A stretch of 64,000 nt of DNA, taken from Pocillopora damicornis (taxonomy: Eukaryota). This document shows positions 50,101-64,000 of this stretch, piece by piece; the stretch's first letter is position 1, and every line of letters begins with the position of its first letter. The notes beneath the pieces were generated by a model, which worked only from the letters and a program-made list of their open reading frames with translations, searched no databases and was not told the origin of the DNA. Both the position numbers and the translations under genes were made by a program. The stretch is taken from contig NW_020844827.1 of assembly GCF_003704095.1 (NCBI RefSeq), positions 558,001 through 622,000 of the forward strand. Direction: 5' to 3'.

Positions 50101-53100
50101 GAAAGGATGGGCGTTATCAGAAATAGACAACATCAAACAGGTAATGTCTCAAAATGAAACATTCCCAGCTTGAGTCCCCTTTTGTTCCTTAAGCCTTTTA
50201 TGTTCTTGATCTGTAATCTTTTCTCTTATTTTAGTCATTTTTTATGCAACAGTATTAAAACTGCAATTCCTGAACTTTTTAACTTCAGTGTCTCAGGGAA
50301 GGTTGGAAAGACAAACTTCAAGAGCAGAAAAATGAAGGCTGTTTAGTGACGGGTCATCTGGAAGTTAACAAGGTTTGTTATGAAATTTAATTGAATATGA
50401 AGTTTGAGTATTTCTTTCCAAACAATGTTATACAAATTTCCTTTCATTGTCCAGAAATGCTGTTCATTCAGTATTGCTCAGTTTTTTGTAATTTCAACTG
50501 TCATAGGTGGCTGGGAACTTTCACTTCGCCCCCGGAAAGAGTTTTCAACAACATCATGTTCATGGTAGGGTGAACTGAAAGGATTATCTGTGTTTTTTTT
50601 TTAATTTCTAAACTGAGCTGAACTGAACTGAACTGAAACTGTACCTAACTTTGGAAGCTATTACTACTGGTAAATCAGTTATAAAAAAACAAATGGATGA
50701 ATGAGTAAAGAAATGAAATAGATAAATTAGTGGATAAATAAAATGCATAAATTAATAAATGTAAATGAGAAAACAGGATAAAAATGAGTGGGTCATAACA
50801 GCACAAAGTTAATTACAAATGATATATAAATTAAATTTTGGTTAACAGGATAAATCTTTTGTTAAAAGGGGTCAATTTAATCCCTAAACTATCAAGATCT
50901 TAAAGGCAATTCTCTCAAAAGAAGACAACAAATTTCTATGTCAGTGTCCCCTTATCGACTCATACATTTAATCACCTATTTGTTTGATATTGCACCAAAA
51001 CTGCAAAGATATTTTAAGAACTTATCAAGGTGTGGAAAGTTGTTCATTTTTTTGTGATTCTCATCGTTTTGATCCTGAAGGATCAGCTAGAGTTTCATTG
51101 GCAGCTATGAAGCTGCAAAAGTCTTACCAAGTAGTATACTAATAGGTGGTTGCCATGGAAATAGCATGACATAGGAATTTGACCTACATGCTAAAGTCAA
51201 AGTTCACAAAATGTTTTTGCTATGGAAAACTAAAATGTACATGGTATGCTCAGTCTGAGCAGAGAGGTGCATGATTAATTTAAAACTTGTGTTTTCTTGA
51301 TACAGTAGCTTGAGAGGCTTAGAATAATTGTCTATAGCAATGAAGTCATTGGCACACAATTTACTCAGAGGGTAAAAAAAAACCTGGCATGTGGGGGTAG
51401 TTGAGTTTGTAGCCAGGCAAAAGAACTTTTCTTTTTTTGTTACTTTGTCTAAAGAACAAAATGTAACCACAATTAAAGTTCAACTGGCAGTTACAATGGT
51501 GTCTTTGAAGTTCAGGCAAAGATGTGGATACTGCAGACTTTGTTCTCCCTGCTTAATGCATACAATATTACATGTATTTGCTAACATCAACTCATTTGAT
51601 TCTGTTAATGACAGCAAATGTTATTGTCTTTAATGGGAAGTGCTAATAGTGTGTTAGGTAAATTTGCATTGTTTGGATACCAGTTCAAAATTATGTCACT
51701 ATTCCCTTGAATTTTGGAAGAGCTCTTTGTATCTACATGTATGCTTTGTGAACTGTGTAGAATAAATTTAATCAGGGTTATTTCACTTAAACCTTGACCA
51801 TACACACAATTGCTTCTGTACTGCACTGTGCTGTATTGTATATGCTCGTGGTAAATTTACATCAAACTTACTATTCTCTTCTAGAATTTAAACAACTCAT
51901 TAGAATTTATTTAATTTAATGCATCTAAACATAATAAAATGTTACTACTGAGTACAAAATCAGTGAACACATTTAAAACACCAATAAACAACGTTTGTTA
52001 ATTTTTTTAAATCAGTTACACTCCAATCAATAAATTGGTCTGTGCGATTCTTGTACTTAACACTATTCATTGCCTCATTAACACACCTCTCACACACCCT
52101 TTTGCACTTTGCAGTCTCCATTCTCAAGTTAAGCTCAGGGGGAAATGTTATTAAACTGAATAGTAAGTAAAAGGCTGTTATAATGTGCTAAACTGGAGTG
52201 CAAGGCAGTCATTTCTTGCCAGACAGTCATTTACATGGAGTGATTTAGACTGTAGACAAATTGAATTCCTCCTCATGGGCTTTTCATGCAAGCATAGGCA
52301 TTGGCATAACATTGACACATATAGTATTGCACTATGGTGAAGGGGCTGTCTTTTGCTGCACAGAAATGAATGCACTGCACACCTCACACTTCTGCTGTCC
52401 AAGAGCTCTATACTGATAAACTAAATGCCTTTAGATACTTTAAAGGTTGAATTAAAATATGATAAATTAGGTACCTATGTTCTAAAATTTACATATAAAC
52501 TATAACTTGAGGCAAATATAACTGAGAAAATGCTGTCTAACTTAAAACCATGAAAGTTTACTTTTTGTTAAAACTTGAACTTGGTTGCGAAATCAGAAAT
52601 ACAAAGATATATTTACAATACTGATACATAATTGTAGTATAACAAATTCAAGGATAATTTACAGAATCATTGTTAGACATTTTCTGCTCAGACTGGGTGT
52701 ACCTTTTAAACCAAAATAAATTGAAATGAATGGACAGAAAGTACTTCTGTAGTTATTTTGAAGATTTACAGAGTTGTAAGTAAAAAAAAAAAGAGAAAAA
52801 AAGAAGGGAAAGGAAATAAAAGATTTAGGTTATGTTTATAATACCCAATAAAGTTTCACATTTATATGCCTTGTTTCATTGATTTACTTGAGGTTTAAGC
52901 TCAGAAACGTTTTGGAAAGTTGAACATCATGAAAACTTCATTTTAAGTTCCCTAAATAGGGAGCTACTTAATCTCTAATTTTTTTACAATATTTAGTGAT
53001 CATGCATAGTTATGTTTATCAGAGCACATTTTATGTCTTTCATTACACGTTTCACCCTACAGACAAGGATTTCATCGATTAATTAGCTCAAACAGTTATG

Positions 53101-55194
53101 CTGAATGACTTGTTCTTACATATATTAACACTAAATTTATTATTTTCATTAGTGCATGATTTACAGCCATTTGGATCCACTCAGGTATGTTTTGTATGGT
53201 AGACATCTATTGAAAATCTTAAGTTTCATGTTAGTTAATTTAGACTTGGTCATAAAGAGAAGAAGAAAGTTTAGTGTTAACTGTTCATAGAAACAGGTCT
53301 TCTTCCTATAGATTCACATAAAATCAAAATCTTTTGTTTTCATTTCAGTTTAATCTATCTCATCATATTCGCCACCTTTCATTTGGCCATGAATACCCTG
53401 GAATAAAACATCCCTTAGATGATACATATATTTCTGCAGAAGACGGTAAGTTTGCTGTCAATATTTCTCCTCCTTTTATTTATTATTTATTAAAATTATC
53501 TCGTACAATTCATTTGATGTTAAGGTAAATGCTTCTTCTACACCTTGCCTTTTGTTGCTAATGCAAAGCTTTTTAATGATATTTAAAAGGTTCTTCTAAC
53601 TATTAACATATTTTTTGAACTCTTTCATTGTTCATGGCTGTAGCTGGAAGCATGTACCAGTATTTTGTGAAGATTGTCCCAACAATGTATCGGAAGTTAA
53701 ATGGCGAGGTGAGAGTAACAGACCTACCCACCTCAAACGAATAAGAGCAAAACTAGTCTTAAACAGTTTTTGATCAGAGATTAAAAAAAAAAAAAATTAA
53801 CACAAGAGTGACTTATTAGAGAGGCAGCTCAATAGATTGGTTTTAGTACCAGTCAACATCTTAATTACAAGGGAGATAGGAGAAAGGTTCCTTCACTGTA
53901 GTTATATTTTCTTTAATTTCATTGTCTATCTACTGGGAAATGCTTGTTGATATTGTAAGCTACTTGTATCTTGAGTCTTTGAATATTTTTTTTTTGTTTC
54001 TTCTATGGGATGCCTATGCAGGTTGTAAGAACTAACCAGTTCTCAGTCACTAAGCACAAGAGAGTGATAAGACAGGTGTCTGGTGAACATGGTCTTCCAG
54101 GTATGGTTTAAATCTGTGTTCCACTTAGTTTTGCAGCCAGTTTGGAGTCAAAGTTTTCTTTCGCAAAAATTTGGGAAGGGAAGTGGGAAGGTGTTCTTAT
54201 GATTGCCCAGCAATTCTTTCAGGGGTGGCAATACTCCTAGTCACTTTTCGTTGTAGAGACTGAGGTGAGCTTTAGGGATAATAGGGTCCAAAAACAGTTG
54301 TACCCAACTTTTTCTGTTGCTTCTCTTCATAGGTGTTTTTGTTTTGTATGAATTCTCTCCGATGGTGGTTCAGTACACAGAGAGCAGAAGGTACGGCTGC
54401 AAATTGTTGGATTATATAGTTGTTCTGTAGTGTTACACCCATGTGTTAAATTTCTCTAAGTCAAACTTCTACCCTCAAAAGACTTTTATTCTTTTGGTGT
54501 CATTGTCTTTGACCTCCTTGTTTGCTTAACTGGGATTTAGGGTGTTTCTTGTTTGTGAGTCTTGCTATTTTTAGTAGAAATAGCATTTAAATTATGGGTG
54601 ACAGTGCTAGTTTCACACAGAAAGTTTCCTGAGATTGGCTGCCTTGTTTATTAACTGTGTCTGGGTGTTTTTTTATAAGCAATTCTATGATTTATCTTTT
54701 CTCTCCCATTACCTTCAGATCCTTCATGCATTTTCTGACAGGAGTCTGTGCTATAGTTGGTGGTATTTTTACAGGTATGGAGTTAGTGAAATATCCAAAC
54801 CTTTCCTAGGTAGATACTGTTGTACTACAATGTAACAAACACTTTAAAAATAATAATTATAATAATAATAATAATACCAATAATGCCAAAGATAGTAATA
54901 GTTATAATATAGCATCATTATTATTATTATCAGTACAATTAAATGCCAGTTTGTAAATTTGATTCATAGAGGATTTTAATCAATTAAAATAATCTATAAA
55001 TGATGGTGATAATAAGTAATAATGCTGATAATAGCAATAACAGTAATGACATAATTTAGTAGTACTGTCATTAATATTAATAACAAATAAATTGATGATA
55101 ATAGTAATAATGGTGCACAATTGAGCAAAATACAAATGTAAATTAATGATGATAACAATTAAAATAATAATAATAATAATAACAATAACAATAT

Positions 55195-55228
<34 letters not shown>

Positions 55229-55360
55229 ATTATTCCTGTTTATTTTTCCTTTCTGATCTCACATTCCTGTCTATTCACAGTTGCTGGACTTGTGGACTCT
55301 ATGATTTACCATTCAGCTCGAGCATTGCAAAAGAAAATTGACCTAGGGAAAGCAAGCTAA
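47103..55360 (+). CDS. ERGIC3: ER-Golgi intermediate compartment protein 3 (386 aa); exons 47103-47199, 48025-48095, 48262-48349, 49052-49092, 49420-49498, 49620-49660, 50006-50140, 50289-50372, 50507-50564, 53153-53184, 53349-53445, 53644-53708, 54022-54100, 54333-54390, 54719-54774, 55281-55360
   Basis: In-phase exons (1161 nt). Motifs KKFDAYPKTLEDFRVKT, CESCYGA..CCNTCEDVREAY, VAGNFHFAPGKSFQQ, YQYFVKIVPT, TNQFSVT, GVCAIVGGIFTVAG, C-terminal KKIDLGKAS. Confidence 0.97.
49776..49987. repeat. ~106-bp tandem duplication in ERGIC3 intron
   Basis: gatctgatct...gactgttgcttaattcaccaca is present twice, back to back. Confidence 0.85.
52115..52162 (+). CDS. Candidate 48-nt in-frame cassette exon of ERGIC3
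   Basis: ccttttgcactttgcag|TCTCC...CTGAATA|gtaagt; phase 1/1, no stop codon; inserts 16 codons (HVH-VSILKLSSGGNVIKLNM-HDLQ). Confidence 0.6.
54850..55230. repeat. (AAT)n/(GAT)n low-complexity microsatellite tract
   Basis: Runs of aat and gat in the last ERGIC3 intron. Confidence 0.9.
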
Positions 55361-57877
55361 CGTATTTTGGAGAATGGTTGTCATGTGACCCAATCTGATG
55401 CAGCAGTGTTAGGTGACAATAGACTTTGGGTGACATAACGGCGAGCTGTACAAACTTTCATCCACCACCCAGAACATTTTGGAAATATCAAGGCAGTAGA
55501 ATTAGAAATTATCTCTAGGGACCAGTTTTTATATGGATTTGTAATAATAATCAACAATAGTGTAGTCTTTTAACTCTTTATCTACTAGAAATGATTAAAA
55601 TGTAACTTCCCTCTGCAATATCCAAACATTATCCAGCAAATCAATAACAAGAATTCTCATCTTAACAGATAGTTGGTATCTTGATATAATACTAAATTCT
55701 TGTAAGTAAGTTACAAGGGAATGTATAATAGCTAGAGGAGAGAGTTAACAGTAAGATCTTGAGAGTTCAAGGATTTTAAACGAAAACAATATACTTCTGA
55801 ATCACACTGAATTACAAGCGTGTGCCACCTTAAAAAAAAACCAACCATAATTAATTTATGAAGCTGTATTACTTTTCTTATTTTCGGGGCATTAGTCAGG
55901 GACGAATGACGAAATGCCATTTGGATGCCCATCACCTAATGTTTGATAGGCTGTCCTCAATACATTGTCGCTACAGACTGAAAATATTATTTGAATGTGT
56001 TGATTTTGATCGATGTAAATCGTTAACGGCAGTTGTGGTTGGTGGTTTCGATGATTTTTATTTAATTGAATTGCATATATCATTTCTTGTGTACTGACAT
56101 TTGAAATCTAGAAATCACTCTGAGGTTTAGTACAATGGTTCAAAATTGCAAATCATAAAAAGAGGCCTAAAAAATTTGGTTTGTTGCTGCTGAGTGAAAA
56201 ACTGGAACTTGTAATTGAGTGAAGATTATCCTTGTGTCATTATAAGAAAAAAAGTTTTTTAAACATTAGTCTTTCTTGTTGTGACTTGGAAAATCTTTGG
56301 TCCATTGGAGCCATATTCAAAGTGTCGAAAGTAACCCTGGAATGGATGGGTTTTGCTTTATCTCTTTCTCAACCAATCAGATGCAAAACTTAAACCAATC
56401 ACGACTTGGCCGCGCGTGTTTTCCCGCCCTTCTGGTAGTTTCGTTGTTTTTACCTTGAGTTGTCATTGGCTCTTCTGTGTATTGTCCTTTTTTCTGATTG
56501 GTCGTAGTGATAACTTTGGCTTTAGTTTTACGACACTCATTCAATAGGCAATCTACTAGCGTCCAGCAATCAAACCAGTGTAAGAATAAAGAAATAGGCT
56601 TAAAACTGTTTACTTTAGGTGGCAGAACCTTTCAAAATATGTTGTGAATTCTATTTTGTTCAATGCCTAGAACTGGGGAGAACTTAACCGTCCCTGATCC
56701 TAACCAGAAAGGGACAGATACAACCTTTAGTGGAGGACTGGGTAAAGTTCTTGGAGAAATGTCCTTGCTTTTAGTCATGTCACAGGTAGAAACACTATGT
56801 TAGCATACACCACGAAAAGTTTCAAGAAACACACCAAGCAGAATGATGGGACTTTTTCCTTTTATCAAACTGTACATTATTATAGCTGTTACACAGGTCA
56901 GTTCCTCTTCAAAATATAAAAATACACCTTTAACGAGAAAATTCTCAGTAACGTCGATAAAAGGGCAGCATTTGAAAACACTCATCTGAGACTTAAATAA
57001 TGTTCATATTTCATGATTATCTAAAGCAAGAGAAAATATTTTTCTCTCGTTAAAAACCAAACTCGTGTCCAAAACCATTACACGGCTGATGTTTAATTCC
57101 AATCTATGTCAGCATCTGAACAACTGCGCACTTAACCCTCCCCTAACCCAACAACAGTCAAATGATAAAACCTTCTGAGGCGAATATTGCACGTTTTTAG
57201 ATCAAAGATCAAAACTTCTGTTTGCAACGAACTGACTCAGCATCATGCCCGCTTCAATAAATTACTTTTAACTAGTTCACAATATTTTATCCGCAAACTC
57301 TATCCTCATGCAATTAAGAATCTTTGTATATATTAAGCATCGCACCATATAAGGAGGTCCAGCTTCCTGGGAAATCTTTCATCGAGAAGATTTCCAATGG
57401 CGTTCGTGAAATGTAGTTATTAATAGCTTTAATGTTTACTTTAAGCTCTAAACTTGTTGCGTGGCGGGTCAACACTGAATTTTTCGCGGCTTTTGTTTTT
57501 ACACGAAAAAGAGACATAACTCTATTTCTCTAACATCATGTTTTTCCGTGATCAAAGCACGCGGCCAGAGGAATAAGTACCACTCTCCTGAGCCCGCGGT
57601 TTACGCTGAACTAGTTGATCATTCACAACAGCAGCCACATCGAAAGGGCGGAAAATTCGTGTAAGAACATCCGCAGGGACGAAAGAGTTTTCTAAGTTGA
57701 CAAGCAACTGAAACCCTTGAGGATCTCGTTCACTCAATGAGCGCGGAGCCTGAATAGGCTAAAAACGCTCTTGGACTAGTTCCTCTAGGAGACGCATTCA
57801 GCGTAAGCCTATACTTTCTGTGATCATAATTCCTTGGTAGTCACGCCAGTCTTTGAGACGTTTAGCTTCTGATAAAT

Positions 57878-60800
57878 CTATACCTCAACAGGGTTAGATT
57901 TTACAAGAGGGCGCCGCTTCGCCGACATCCGCGTAGGCGTAGATCTCACTGATGAATCATAGTGTCCTTCTTCAACGGCTTGAGGGGAAGATGGAGCACC
58001 TTCCGACTCCCCCTGAGCACCCCTTGGTAAAGTGTCTCTTTCCCCTGTGAGAGAGTCCCTTCGTTCTGGTGTCACTTGATATCGTCCAGCGATGTCACAT
58101 TCATCTGAGTCTTTTTCTTCTGCCTGTGAAACCTCTTCATGTTCCGGCATTTGTGTTTCGGACTCTGATAAGTTCAAGAGACTTCGTTTACGCCGTCTCG
58201 TTTCTAAATCTATTTCTCTTTTTTCCCACACCGGTTCCTCACCATTCTGCTCAGTAGGGCTGTCTGTATCCCCCAGAACGGGATCAGTATCAGACGCAGT
58301 AGAGTTTTGATGAGAAATTGGTCCGGGGGGAGTCAGCCCACCAACAGTCTCTTTCGAATCCGCAAGACTCTCATCCGCTTCTGTCACGTCTGACAATTGC
58401 CTCTTGTCCGTTCCAAGATTACGTGACGAGGGTGGGGCGTTCAGAGCAGTCGCATCAGTATCGTAAACTGCATCTAAGTGGTCCAAGTTTGGGTGTTGAT
58501 CTCCACCCGAAAGACTTCCATGTAGGGACTGCGACTGCGCGGAACTCAGAGAGCCTGGGCGTGACCCTGAGCTATGGCAAGATTCAGGATAACTTAGCGT
58601 CACGCAAGGAATATCCGACGATCTTACCACGTGGGTAGTAGCGCTGTGTGTGCCTGGAACCATTTGGGTTCGAACGTCTAACGGGTCAGAATGCGCGCGG
58701 GTCACTGAGGAGCGCCTGGAGGAAACACCGTCGCCATTTTCGCGAAAATTCAAATCGTAAGAGTTGCTGCCACCCGATGGAGACTCACGAGTTCTCTGAA
58801 GGCTCCGCAGCATCTGCAGAACCAGCTCAAGTTTAGAATCTATGATGGTCACCTGATGTTCCACCCGAGAAAGTCTTTTGGTTACGTCTACTTTTCCTGC
58901 GCCTTCATCATCTGGAAAAAAAAAAGAAGAGTCTTCAACTTTGCAAATACTAACAGCCCAGTCCCTTCCCCTCCATCTTGTTTTGTCAACCCTAGCGTGA
59001 ACTTAACAGTGTCAGTGTCTTGCACTCTCCAACCCTGTATCTCGTAAAATAATTTTCATTGAAAAGTCGAATGCAATAAGGGATTGCAATGGTTTCGCTT
59101 AACTAGCTTTTGTAAAAATGCGCAATTTTCTCAATCAGTCAGATCCAAAACTAAACTTTGTCACTCTTGTTTTCTACGAGAAAGGTGTTCCTCCGTTTGA
59201 ATTCTCAAACTTCTATACGTCGCCGTAAGATAAATGTTTCTTTGGATGATGAGCGATTCGATACATTCCTCCAGTTAGCACTCAAATTTCCTGTGTAACA
59301 ACTTTATTACCTACCTCCTTCACTTCTGTGAGATTTGTCCATCCTAAAGTAATCAATAAAAAGCCACAGGTTTAACAACATACATACGACTACCACAATA
59401 GATTTTACAACTCACGTTGTACGCCTTTTCATCAAGAAAAATGCGAATCGCACTTCACTGAATCACATCCATTTGCTTTTTAGCGAAGAGTCACTGGAAA
59501 TGTAATGACACGAATGATAGACGTCTACAACGCTTAGAAGAGATTTATTGCATGAGAAAAAAGATAAAAAGTTCAGTTTACACAACTTTTAAAAAAGGAC
59601 TAGCATGTGCTTTAGTTTCGCTGAACATCGCACTCTGATTGGCTCAACAGAAACACGCGTAACTTCCTCGACCAATCAAAATCAATCACGATTATGGCGC
59701 GTGCATTTTGCAGCGCTTGGAAGGCCTGGCGTTAGTCACGTGTATTTTTGTCGAGTTCCGATTGGTCGTTATGTTGCTCACAGGCATTATGATTGGTCTC
59801 TGACTCCGTTTCATGTCACGTGACAGCTTCTCGCAAGATTCCTTGAAACCAAGAGGTGCAATTCAATTTTCTCTCCGCTTAAACCTACCATGACTGTCTA
59901 TCAAATAATAGTCTAAAATTAGATTTGTTATGCCCTTACTTGGCCTGGAGACTTTTAATTCTTGCTAACATTTCGACGTGACCTGTTGAATACTGTTCAA
60001 TAACATCTTTAACATCATATGGTCTCCTAGCCTCCTGCACAACGAGAAAGTACAGAAAAGATGATAAAAAAGTTGGAGCATTTTTTAACTAAGTGTCCAA
60101 AGTAATCGGGGATTGCCCTTACCTTGAATTTCCTTATTGCAACCCTGAGCTTTAGGATTCGAATGAGACGAATGGCCAACTTTTGAGCATTTGTCAACCT
60201 GTGGAAAGAAAAAAGCTGAGATTAAAGACCTTTGAAGAAAGCAAGTACTGCTGGGATATGAGTTAACAAAGTTGACAAACCCCATTTAATCCCTTAATAT
60301 TTGGCAAAAACATCCACAAAAAAAAGACACTTACTCGATGCATGGTCGTTCTCCGTCTGTCTGTAAAGCCAACAGCGCATTTTCATCTGCAATATCGCAG
60401 AGGAAAGAGGTTAAGCTAATCGGGAATATGGAATAAACAGAGTTTTCCTCGCATAACTATTTGAGCTCAAACTCCACATTGCCCGAGTGACGTCAAAAAA
60501 TGCACTCGCAAATCCCCTCTGATGACCTGTGCGCCAATTACCTCTGATTGGGTGTCTCAGTTTTGAATTTTCGCGCGTAAATAACAACCAATCAGCGGCT
60601 ATTTTTGTTAAGATTACGTCATCATACTCAGGTTAGAATATATTAACTACAAAGATATGCAAACTGGTTAGTGTTTCCTGCGCATGATTGCTTGATACAT
60701 AAAGATAGATATACCCACCTGGCCGAGATGAAAATTAAGTAAAAAGACAAATGTTAGTTTTTGTTTATGTAAAATTTACCTGATTAGAAGTTTAAATATC

Positions 60801-63800
60801 CTTCAAAACTATACAACCAGAAAAGACCGTCGTCCTTGAATTCAGCATATTCTTTTAAATATCATGTACCATTTAATTTTGATTTTGTGCAACGGCGTTA
60901 TAATTTTTTTTGTCAAATATAACTCTCACTGCGGTTTATTAAATTGTCTAAGTTATGAATTGGAAAATGTATTAAATGAATTACAAAGGCATAATTTTTA
61001 CAATATTTTAAAGTTTGATAGAGCACCGCACGTTTCAAATAACAGATTTATATCTTTTAGATTCTCTTTTAAATATCACAAAAGTCAAGTTTAGAGACTC
61101 CGTGATAATTATCAATCACCGTCAATCAACTGTCAATCACTTACCGCCCCAAATCGAGGGTATAATTGATTGCTTTCTTGAGTGAACGATTGAACAATGA
61201 ACATTATGTGATGACAGCATCGTCACTATTGCATCATGGCTGTTGACGGAACCGAATTTCGATCTGGTACTCTCAGCTGAAGATAGATCGAAGTTTATTT
61301 TAAATTTGAAATGTTAGTTAATTGAACTGTACTTCCTCGACGAGGGGCACTGGGGGAGGGGACTTGACCTCATTCAAATTTATTCAAGAATTAAACATTT
61401 CGTAGCTGATTTCAAAACGGTGCTGGAAACCGTCCTTTTTCAATCACCTCCTTTTTTGGGGGGGGAGGGGAGATCGGGGTGAGAGGCAAAGATTAATAGG
61501 GCGGTCCCTTATAGAGGAAATGCAGTACCATGCAATAATTTAAGACAAAACTTAAATTTAAAGAGTATGGAATCTTTTTATGCATATTTACAATAATAAA
61601 AGAAATAAAAATGGTCAGTATTATAAGGATAATCTGACTTTACCAGACTTGAACATTATTTTGTTTACATTCACAATTTTACCTTTAGATGGTCAGAGAT
61701 TATGAACATTGCTCATGAGTAAGCTCTAAGTGACCTAAGTATTCCCAAATTCAGATTCATTTATACAAAAAAATTTGGAATGTTCTTTAAGAAAAAAAAT
61801 ATTAGCTAAACTTAAATTTTACTTTTTTTATTTTGTTTTTATGCCTGTCAACCTTACTAATCAAGAAACTTGTTTCAGATTTTGCAGTTGAAACATTGCA
61901 ATTTACTGTAGTAAAATTAAATTATTGAAAGTCACACATTTTCATTGCTGTTAGCATTGATCAGGGTAACAAAGTTTGCATTTGTCATTTTAAAAATAAA
62001 TTTTAAACCAAACATTTATGCAAGCATATGCATGCCACAGGAATCCCATATTTCACACTGGCTAGTGCCTATCTTTCTGTAAAACAGTGGATTGCTTTGT
62101 TAGTTCTTGCAAGTGCTGAAGAATGTGCAAGTGCTAGTTCACTGGTGCATTCTTACTAATAAAAGAAAAATAAACAAAAATAATGTGAGAAAAATAAAAA
62201 AACAGCATATTTGCCACACATATCTTATTGTTAAAAGTTAGAATCACTCATTAACTCTTTCTCCAGAAGCCAAATCAAGGAAAGCATCTCCAAAAACAGA
62301 GCAATACCCAATCTTACATAAAGCATTGGGTGGAGTATTGTTTCCTGACATTGACACTTAGGAAACATTCAATTCATATTTTATAAGTTTTTGGCACAAT
62401 CTTCAACATTCTCAAAGTTTTTTCACAGATCTTCCGCACTTAAATTTGCCAAAGTGCTTTTCTGTTGGGCTACCCCCCAGTTCCCAGAGAATTAAGTTAC
62501 AATTTATCAACCAAAGCAGTAGAAAGAGTTAAACGTGACTCTCAGTTGTATATAATGCCCATTCAAGATTTAGAACTGATTTTTGCAGGAAGAAGTTGAT
62601 AGAAGGTAAGGCAACAGGGCCCATAGATTGAACTGCTGCAGATGAAGCTGATGATGACTTGTGATGGCAGCTTTTTTCTGGATTTTTTGTGGACGCCAGG
62701 ATTGAATGCACCAATCTGATAAGATAGGCATCAAAGTAAGGATATTCGATGCTTATGCCATCATCTACAATATTTCCACAGCCTCCCAGGTTCTTAATCG
62801 TTCTCCATCAACTCCATCACTCACAAAAACCAGCCCTAAATACTGTCTTTTTTTGTCTGACAATAACAAACTTTAACCCTTTTTTACCCAGAGTTAGATC
62901 CTTGGCCAGTCAATTTTTTTTAAATTTTGGCTTTTGTGGAAATTTTACAGAAACACTTACATACGCAAAAGTAATTCTATGCTGAATGAGTTTGCTATTA
63001 ATAGAGTTTTAACAAGTCTATGGCTGAGACATTACTCTGTGACCATTTGAAGGAAAGTTGCTGGCACTGTTTCTTTCTCTTTTTTTCTGGTACCATTGAG
63101 TTTTTGGACATTTTATAGGCTTAATGCGAGCTGCTCTGCTTTAAATTAGTCCTATCGCCACATAAAAAACACAGCCATTTATTGCTAATCAGAATTAAAG
63201 GATTGAAAACTGGGCTGAATCCAGACTACTTGCCAAAACATGTGCATGGGTTTTCCTTTTATACTCTTGGGCTCAAAAGGGTTAAAGTCACAAAATGGGC
63301 AATGTCTCACCAATAAAATCACTGTCTAATACACTGCAGGTGCTAGCCTTCCTGTCATAATTAGCAGTCAATTGTGAATCAGATTTAGTGGAATGCACAT
63401 CATATGACTCTCTTCTAAACCCTTTCTGCTTTGTCCATAGAGACCGTTTCCTTTTACGTTGTGAATCTGATAGATGAGGACTATCATCTTCCACTCCCAC
63501 CATACCTGTGGTGCCGGTTTTCTCCATTACAGCCTTCAAGAGGTGCTGCTGGCGATTGTAGTAAATTGACGGCAGCCATGTTGCTACTGACTTTGAGTCT
63601 AGATCAGCACAGAAAAGCCGCCAGTATGACTGTAAAGAATAGATGAAGAACAAAACTAAAATCAGTATGCATATTCTCCTTTCTGTTCTCCAAAAATTTC
63701 CTGAGGTTCTTCAACAATTAGCCTCTTTAGTTGGTGATCATTTCCTTTATTCTCATGACCTTAGCATTTGCTTCCAGGGTGTTATTACAAGGAGAAATTA

Positions 63801-64000
63801 GATGCTGATCACCCTTAAGAGTCAAAGGGTTATTTTAGAAAAATATCAAAATTACAAAGTTCTTGCAAAGATACAATTGAAAGTTTTTGGAATAATAAAT
63901 CTTTAAGCAAAATAACAAAAAATTTTTTTTAATACCTGAAGGAGAATTGCAGCTGGCCGTCTTCTCCTATGAAAATGTTTCTGCCTCTGCTGTTGTGTGA
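57878..64000 (-). CDS. KCNQ: KCNQ/Kv7 voltage-gated K+ channel, C-terminal half (5' part outside window); exons >64000-63936, 63629-63311, 61276-61145, 60386-60335, 60198-60123, 60034-59940, 59343-59315, 58911-57878
   Basis: Helix [24 protein letters not shown]; helix [26 protein letters not shown]; [28 protein letters not shown]; helix [24 protein letters not shown]. All junctions in phase. Confidence 0.95.

Overview
Eukaryotic (animal) genomic DNA with GT-AG introns and three 100-N gaps (732-831, 37993-38092, 40585-40684). The gene set and repeat families look like a cnidarian, probably a stony coral; this is inferred, not proven. Hand-spliced genes: (1) a 4-exon gene for a small secreted 8-Cys peptide precursor that the ORF track misses (+, 7954-10088); (2) a PARP14-like RGG/RRM/KH/2xMacro/WWE mono-ADP-ribosyltransferase (+, 13139-22132), whose 5' region carries a dense cluster of STAT(GAS)-, IRF(ISRE)- and NF-kB-type motifs; (3) a CUB/REJ/GPS/PLAT polycystin-1-like gene (-, 23898-38689) with a disturbed CUB region; (4) ECHDC3 (+); (5) ERGIC3 (+), with a hidden in-frame 48-nt cassette exon; (6) the 3' half of a KCNQ/Kv7 channel (-). 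Also present: a ~116-bp satellite with higher-order structure, Penelope-like retroelement remnants with minimal hammerhead-ribozyme motifs, LINE, SINE and Harbinger remnants, and many MITEs. Best candidates for something new are the Cys-rich peptide gene, the interferon-stimulated-gene-like control region of the neighbouring macro-PARP, and the ERGIC3 cassette exon.
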